A stretch of DNA of 64,000 nucleotides, from positions 56,534 through 120,533 of IMG/VR virus record IMGVR_UViG_3300021138_002011, one strand, 5' to 3'. Source of the stretch: a virus. Below the pieces are notes generated by a model, which was not told the origin of the DNA, did not search any database, and saw only the letters and a list, made by a program, of their open reading frames with translations. Positions 59,019 through 64,000 of this stretch are shown here, one piece after another; positions within the stretch are counted from its first letter, which is position 1; each line of letters begins with the position of its first letter. The position numbers and the translations under genes are program-made.

Positions 59019-59497
59019 GAAAAGAATGCGCAAATCTGCTGTTTGACTCAATGGCGGAAAATCAAAACATAGTGGTAATAACTGCTGATCTCGGATTTGG
59101 TATTCTTGATCGTATAAAAGATACATATCTAGATAGATTTTGGAACGTAGGAGCAGCCGAGCAATTAATGATAGGTGCAGCAATAGGACTTTCAGAATCT
59201 GGCAAAATACCTGTGTGTTACAGTATGAGTAGTTTTTTACTGTATCGACCTTTTGAAATGTTGCGTAACTATGTCAACTACGAAAATATCCCAATAAAAC
59301 TTATAGGTAGCGGCCGCGATAAAGATTACTCACACGATGGAATAAGCCATTGGGCGCACGACGACATACAAGTTCTGCAAGCGTTGCCAAATATTAAACC
59401 GTATAAACCGACTGATATAAAAGAACTTGAAGAACAGTGGGCTGAGTTTTTGTTTAGTACCACACCTGCATATTTGAATCTTACGAGGAAAACATGA
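59015..59497 (+). CDS. transketolase-like protein, pyrimidine-binding subunit
   Basis: TADLG, NVGAAEQ, G.SH. Confidence 0.88.
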   Translation: MRKECANLLFDSMAENQNIVVITADLGFGILDRIKDTYLDRFWNVGAAEQLMIGAAIGLSESGKIPVCYSMSSFLLYRPFEMLRNYVNYENIPIKLIGSGRDKDYSHDGISHWAHDDIQVLQALPNIKPYKPTDIKELEEQWAEFLFSTTPAYLNLTRKT

Positions 59498-60444
59498 GTA
59501 CAAAAGCGGTATATGTAACTGGATGCTTGGGGTTTATAGGTGGGTATGTTACACGTACCTGCCTTGAGAAGGGTTGGCATGTTATGGGCATCGATTGTCA
59601 AACATATGCTGCAAATGTTAAATTGTTAGACGAGTTTAATCAATACAAAAACTTTACATATCAATGTAAAAACATCAATGATCTCAATTTTTTATACGAC
59701 TGCGATTACATTATTAATGCTGCTGCCGAGACTCACGTAGATAACAGTATTGTTAATAATGTAGAGTTTATTCGCAGCAACGTAGACGGTGTTCACAACC
59801 TGTTGCGACTAATACAAACAAAAAGTAGATTTAAAATGCCAACACTGGTGCAATTTAGCACAGACGAAGTTTACGGGGACACTGAGTCAGGCAGCTTCAC
59901 AGAAACTCAACTTATGAAACCTAGTAACCCGTATGCCGCTACAAAGGCATCTGCAGACATGCTGGTAATGGCATGGAACAGAACATATAATGTTCCATAC
60001 ATAATTGTGCGTCCAAGTAACAATTATGGCATAGGTCAGTACATAGAAAAGTTTATTCCAAAAAGCATACAATATTTGTCACTTGGTAAATGTGTACCTT
60101 TACACGAAAATGGTACCCCAAGAAGAACGTGGCTGCATGCACAAGATACTGCAAACGCTGTGATTTTTTTAATAGAACACGGTCAATTAAATGAGGTATA
60201 CAATATATCCGGTAATTACGAAGATACAAACCTTAATATCTTTAAAAAAATGCTGTCATGCATGAATATAGATTCTACTAATTATAATAATTATGTCGAT
60301 TTTTCAGTAAAAAGGCCCGGACAAGATGTTAGATATAGTATAGACGATAGTAAATTGCGATTAGTGGGATGGTCAAATACCAAACAGTTTGACGAAGAAT
60401 TACCTAACATTGTTAACTACCATAGACAAAGGTTTGTATGGTGA
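59494..60444 (+). CDS. rmlB: dTDP-glucose 4,6-dehydratase (RmlB-like)
   Basis: TGCLGFIG, AAETHVDNS, STDEVYG, PSNPYAATKA, NNYG, RPGQD.RY. Confidence 0.88.
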   Translation: MSTKAVYVTGCLGFIGGYVTRTCLEKGWHVMGIDCQTYAANVKLLDEFNQYKNFTYQCKNINDLNFLYDCDYIINAAAETHVDNSIVNNVEFIRSNVDGVHNLLRLIQTKSRFKMPTLVQFSTDEVYGDTESGSFTETQLMKPSNPYAATKASADMLVMAWNRTYNVPYIIVRPSNNYGIGQYIEKFIPKSIQYLSLGKCVPLHENGTPRRTWLHAQDTANAVIFLIEHGQLNEVYNISGNYEDTNLNIFKKMLSCMNIDSTNYNNYVDFSVKRPGQDVRYSIDDSKLRLVGWSNTKQFDEELPNIVNYHRQRFVW

Positions 60445-61154
60445 AAATAGCATTACAAATAAGCGGCAGATTGCGATTTACCCAAGATAGTTTAGCTAGT
60501 TTAATAGGCGCAATAATAGAGCCGTTGCAGCCTGATGTTTTTTTTAGTTTTTGGCAACCAGAACACCTAGCAACGTTGTCTTATTATAAACAATGTTTGC
60601 TGCCAAAATTAGTTGAAATTGAAGAACAAAGTTTACTACGACCTTATCTTGACGATTTGTTTCATTTTAATGTGCATAAAAATATGCCAAGTATGAGCTA
60701 CAAGTTTTATAAATCAAGCCAGCTTCGAAAATCCTGGGAAACGGCTACCAATACAAAATATGACGTGGTAATACAAGCACGTAGCGACAATGTATTCTTT
60801 GAAAAATTAGACATCCAACGATGCCAGCATGCGCTTGATACACGCGCAATACTTTGTGCTAATCAAGGGTACAATCCTGTAATTGATGATCATATAACAC
60901 AACCACGAATGGTTGATAATTTTTATCTTGGTCCAACAGATTTGGTTGATCAAGCAAATAATACTTTCTGGAACCTGCGCTATCAAGCACAGGAGTACAC
61001 AGAACATGGGCAACTGCATCATGTACGGATACCTGAAATAATACAAACCAAGATATGGCAAGACGCTGGTATCGCCATCGCAGGATTGTCAGGAACGGGT
61101 GCTGTAGGAAACTTTTGGTACGACATAGACCGCAGCGAAACAAAATGGAAATGA
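60438..61154 (+). CDS. putative glycosyltransferase-related protein
   Basis: IALQISGRLR...YDVVIQARSD pattern typical of sugar-cluster proteins. Confidence 0.55.
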   Translation: MVKIALQISGRLRFTQDSLASLIGAIIEPLQPDVFFSFWQPEHLATLSYYKQCLLPKLVEIEEQSLLRPYLDDLFHFNVHKNMPSMSYKFYKSSQLRKSWETATNTKYDVVIQARSDNVFFEKLDIQRCQHALDTRAILCANQGYNPVIDDHITQPRMVDNFYLGPTDLVDQANNTFWNLRYQAQEYTEHGQLHHVRIPEIIQTKIWQDAGIAIAGLSGTGAVGNFWYDIDRSETKWK

Positions 61155-61158
61155 TCTA

Positions 61159-62112
61159 ATGAAGCTATTATTTGTTGTACATCGCTATGGATATCCTGGA
61201 GGGTCTGAAATCTATGTGCAAGGCATGGCAGAGGAATGCGCACGCAGAGGCCACCAAGCAGCGGTATTTGCAGGAGAACATAAGGGTAACATGAATAACG
61301 TAATGGTTACACATGATGCAACCATATTAGGACATGCATGGGACCTTATCGTTGTACATGGCGGCGATGTTGCCATCCAAAATTTTGTGCTAACGCATGC
61401 CAAGCAGATAAAAAGTCCCATATTGTATCTTTTAGTGCTACCCAGCAACAGCAATGTGTGCCTGCAAGCATTGCAAGACTGTTCATACATCGGCTGTAGC
61501 ACCGAACAAGATTGGATACATTGCCAACGCCACGGAGTTGTTAATAAAGCCATACAGATTCGGCACGGAATAACCTGGCAGGATTGCATCGGCAAGCCCG
61601 GATTTAAGGAAAAATACGGAATATCAGGCACAATGTTTTTGAGTTGCGGAGGATATTGGCCAAACAAAGCCATGCGAGAACTTGCTGCTGTATTTGATCA
61701 GTGCAGGCCTGCAAATTCAGTGTTGGTAACAACTGGTTATGATAATCGCATGGATCTGATGCCGCCGGAAACTGATGTTGTAAAGCCATTTTTGCTCGAT
61801 GATCGGACAGAAGTGCTTAGTGCGATATATGATGCCGATTGTCTTGTCATGCACAGCTATCAGGAAGGATTTGGCCTTGTATTGCTGGAAGCAATGCTAA
61901 ACCAAACACCGTGGATAGCCAGGAACATAGCTGGCGCTAAAACACTGGAAAAATTTGGTAAAACCTACACAAATGATTCTCAATTGGAACTTTTGCTACA
62001 AGGTTTCAATAGAAATCAGTTTGATATCAGGGCCGCATACGAGCATGTATGCGGCAATCATCTTATCAGCAATACGGTTGATGACATTCTATCCGTGTTG
62101 TATCGGTCATAA
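61159..62112 (+). CDS. GT4 family glycosyltransferase
   Basis: GGSE N-terminal motif, K, and EGFGLVLLEAM (ExFGxxxxE). Confidence 0.88.
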   Translation: MKLLFVVHRYGYPGGSEIYVQGMAEECARRGHQAAVFAGEHKGNMNNVMVTHDATILGHAWDLIVVHGGDVAIQNFVLTHAKQIKSPILYLLVLPSNSNVCLQALQDCSYIGCSTEQDWIHCQRHGVVNKAIQIRHGITWQDCIGKPGFKEKYGISGTMFLSCGGYWPNKAMRELAAVFDQCRPANSVLVTTGYDNRMDLMPPETDVVKPFLLDDRTEVLSAIYDADCLVMHSYQEGFGLVLLEAMLNQTPWIARNIAGAKTLEKFGKTYTNDSQLELLLQGFNRNQFDIRAAYEHVCGNHLISNTVDDILSVLYRS

Positions 62113-62793
62113 GTTAACAGCATCAAACAATGCCAGAGGATGCCTGCGCCCACAGTGGTCGTTAGGTATCCATATACCATCGGCTGTGTCAAACCAGGTC
62201 ACGAAACTCAAAATGAGATGTATCCTAGGTGTTGGACTTGATACGGTGGTGAAAACCCGATGATATGTGCTTTGATCGAACGCATAAATGTTTCCAGGTT
62301 CTAAACATATATCTGGTTGGTTTTCCATCTGGAACCGATAGGATTCGCTGCTGGTAATGGGCACTATAACCCGCAAAACCTCAAACGGTGTTTCATCCCT
62401 GTGCCAGCTGTTGACATTATGATTGGTTAATTCTCTTCCATCCAAACAGCCAATCTTGCACCTAACCAAGGGGAAATCCCCCAGATCTCCCAATAGATCC
62501 TGCGGTATCAGTTGATCATACGACAGTGTATCCTGATAATCCAACCTGTTACCATGATTACCACAAAGTTGTTTCGTGACCGGTTTCAACTCACATCGCT
62601 TGTTGTAATGCAGGCCGGTGCCCGTGTAATAGGGAGCATCGGGCCAAGCATGATGCTCTACGCTATGCCAATAATCCTGTACCTTATTGATCAGTTCGGT
62701 TTTCAACAGTGGTCTTGATAAGACCTTGTTGTGTTTCCAAGGTGTTGATTTGAACTTGTATGTGCTCTTCAGACTCTTGAAAAGGGTCACCAA
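62107..62793 (-). CDS. 2OG-Fe(II)/cupin-type oxygenase-like protein
   Basis: WHRD..RVIVP...G.IY.FD...HRV..RIHLI (HxD...H triad). Confidence 0.65.
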   Translation of the reverse strand: MVTLFKSLKSTYKFKSTPWKHNKVLSRPLLKTELINKVQDYWHSVEHHAWPDAPYYTGTGLHYNKRCELKPVTKQLCGNHGNRLDYQDTLSYDQLIPQDLLGDLGDFPLVRCKIGCLDGRELTNHNVNSWHRDETPFEVLRVIVPITSSESYRFQMENQPDICLEPGNIYAFDQSTYHRVFTTVSSPTPRIHLILSFVTWFDTADGIWIPNDHCGRRHPLALFDAVNL

Positions 62794-63332
62794 TACCCGC
62801 CCTTGGCACTGCTGCTAGGAGCTCTGCAACTCCAGTAGCGGGCTGTTTTGGGATCTTTGGCGGTTGCGCAATGATGCCTGGCCGCAAAGCTTTTCCTTCT
62901 TGATGCACTGCCTTTCCTGATGCGTAGCTTGCTCCCATGTGGACTACCAAATTCGACCTTTTTGGCTATTACATGTCCTTCCTTGTCCTTGCGACCGCTG
63001 TTGACGTATACCTTATGGCGCTTTGAGTCGCCTTTCATCACCTTGCGCAGTGGCACCGTTCTACCGGCATATACCGCTTCTTCCACGGTGTCCCTGCCAT
63101 CCTCGATCCACCCATAACGCAGGAAAAACCGGTCATCGTCATCATATTGTTCATCCAACACCTTGCTGGATTCATTCAAGGTGTTGTAAAATCCTTCCTG
63201 CCATCCGTCAATCCAAGCGCTTTCGGCCAGGCTGTCCGGGCGATAGATACAGGAATCCAATTCCTGCCCGTTAGCATATGCTTCTAGCCCTTGTGTTCTT
63301 ATCTGTTCAATATTAATATCTGCGTATCTCAT
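62787..63332 (-). CDS. hypothetical modular protein (possible head-internal protein)
   Basis: Acidic N-half with an AWIDGW motif; basic module after VEE/A ending RRKSFAARHHC..ARYWSC; TAAATA upstream. Confidence 0.7.
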   Translation of the reverse strand: MRYADINIEQIRTQGLEAYANGQELDSCIYRPDSLAESAWIDGWQEGFYNTLNESSKVLDEQYDDDDRFFLRYGWIEDGRDTVEEAVYAGRTVPLRKVMKGDSKRHKVYVNSGRKDKEGHVIAKKVEFGSPHGSKLRIRKGSASRRKSFAARHHCATAKDPKTARYWSCRAPSSSAKGGYW

Positions 63333-63364
63333 GATGATATTTACCGTTGGTTTAATGGTGTGAT

Positions 63365-63991
63365 TTACTTTTTGCTGTGGCCGTGACGCATGTTGATCTG
63401 CCAGCGTGCTAGCTGACCTTTACGTCCAGGGGCCTTGGCTGCTTTTTGTAACTGGGCCATGGTGGCATTTTTTGGGATTCCGTGGCGCTGGCTGTCACCA
63501 GGCTTACCGGGACCCTTGCCATCGGCGAAGTTTTCGTTGACTCTATTGGTACGATTGCGATCGATACGTTTGATCATATAATTGTCATCATCTGGGGATT
63601 CGTAGTCAAACCCCATCTGATCCCAAAATCCGTGCGAAGGTCCGTATCCTACATCACTAGCATGCAATCTTATCGTTTTTATGTCGGCTGGGAGATTTTG
63701 CTCCCATCGCTGATATTCTCTAGTACCGAGTCCAATGCCACGTTGTGGTACTTCAAAATAGTCTAACCACATCGTACTTCCTTCGCGATGTGCTTGTATT
63801 TTCGAATCGTTAAGATTTTCCTCAACGACATCAGAATTACCATCCTCAATACCAGATCGTTCCCAATGCTTCAATATAGGATGGTACTTGTTTATTGCAC
63901 TGTATGGTTCCATGCTGCGATAGGTATAATCATCGTTGCCCATATACTGGACATATCCTTTTACTTCCCATGCTCCCATCGCAGGGGCCAT
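63365..63991 (-). CDS. modular protein with a GNAT-like module, probably 5'-partial
   Basis: QRGIGLG..GFWDQMGF GNAT-like motif, then a basic module after VNE/N; frame open to the window end. Confidence 0.6.
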   Translation of the reverse strand: MAPAMGAWEVKGYVQYMGNDDYTYRSMEPYSAINKYHPILKHWERSGIEDGNSDVVEENLNDSKIQAHREGSTMWLDYFEVPQRGIGLGTREYQRWEQNLPADIKTIRLHASDVGYGPSHGFWDQMGFDYESPDDDNYMIKRIDRNRTNRVNENFADGKGPGKPGDSQRHGIPKNATMAQLQKAAKAPGRKGQLARWQINMRHGHSKK

Positions 63992-64000
63992 GCTATTATG

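Overview
This 64-kb window is part of a large T4-related (jumbo-type) myovirus genome in the standard genetic code. It contains a replication and recombination block (primase, gp41/DnaB-type helicase, UvsW, UvsY, UvsX, gp32 SSB, a clamp-loader-like subunit, a 201-aa minimal DnaE-like protein, dNMP kinase, exonuclease). It also has packaging and morphogenesis genes (small and large terminase, gp4, tail tube, a 1357-aa sheath, gp13, gp14, gp15), a GH19 endolysin, tRNA-related helpers (CCA/poly(A) nucleotidyltransferase, Pth2) and a ~9-kb sugar-biosynthesis and glycosyltransferase cluster. The main feature is three fractured genes: gp41 helicase, UvsW and large terminase are each split into two ORFs ending or starting with split-intein halves, so the proteins must be rebuilt by trans-splicing. 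The homing endonuclease between each pair is decayed except for the 3' end, which contains the start codon of the C-half. In gp41 the gap also holds an intact antisense radical SAM gene and a fibre-repeat fragment. Other patterns: putative head-packaged proteins with T4-like capsid-targeting N-termini and modules separated by xxE motifs, probable ATT start codons, TAAATA late promoters, and a domain shared between the sheath and a separate structural protein. No tRNA, rRNA or CRISPR array was recognised. All family assignments are motif recognition by eye, not database searches.
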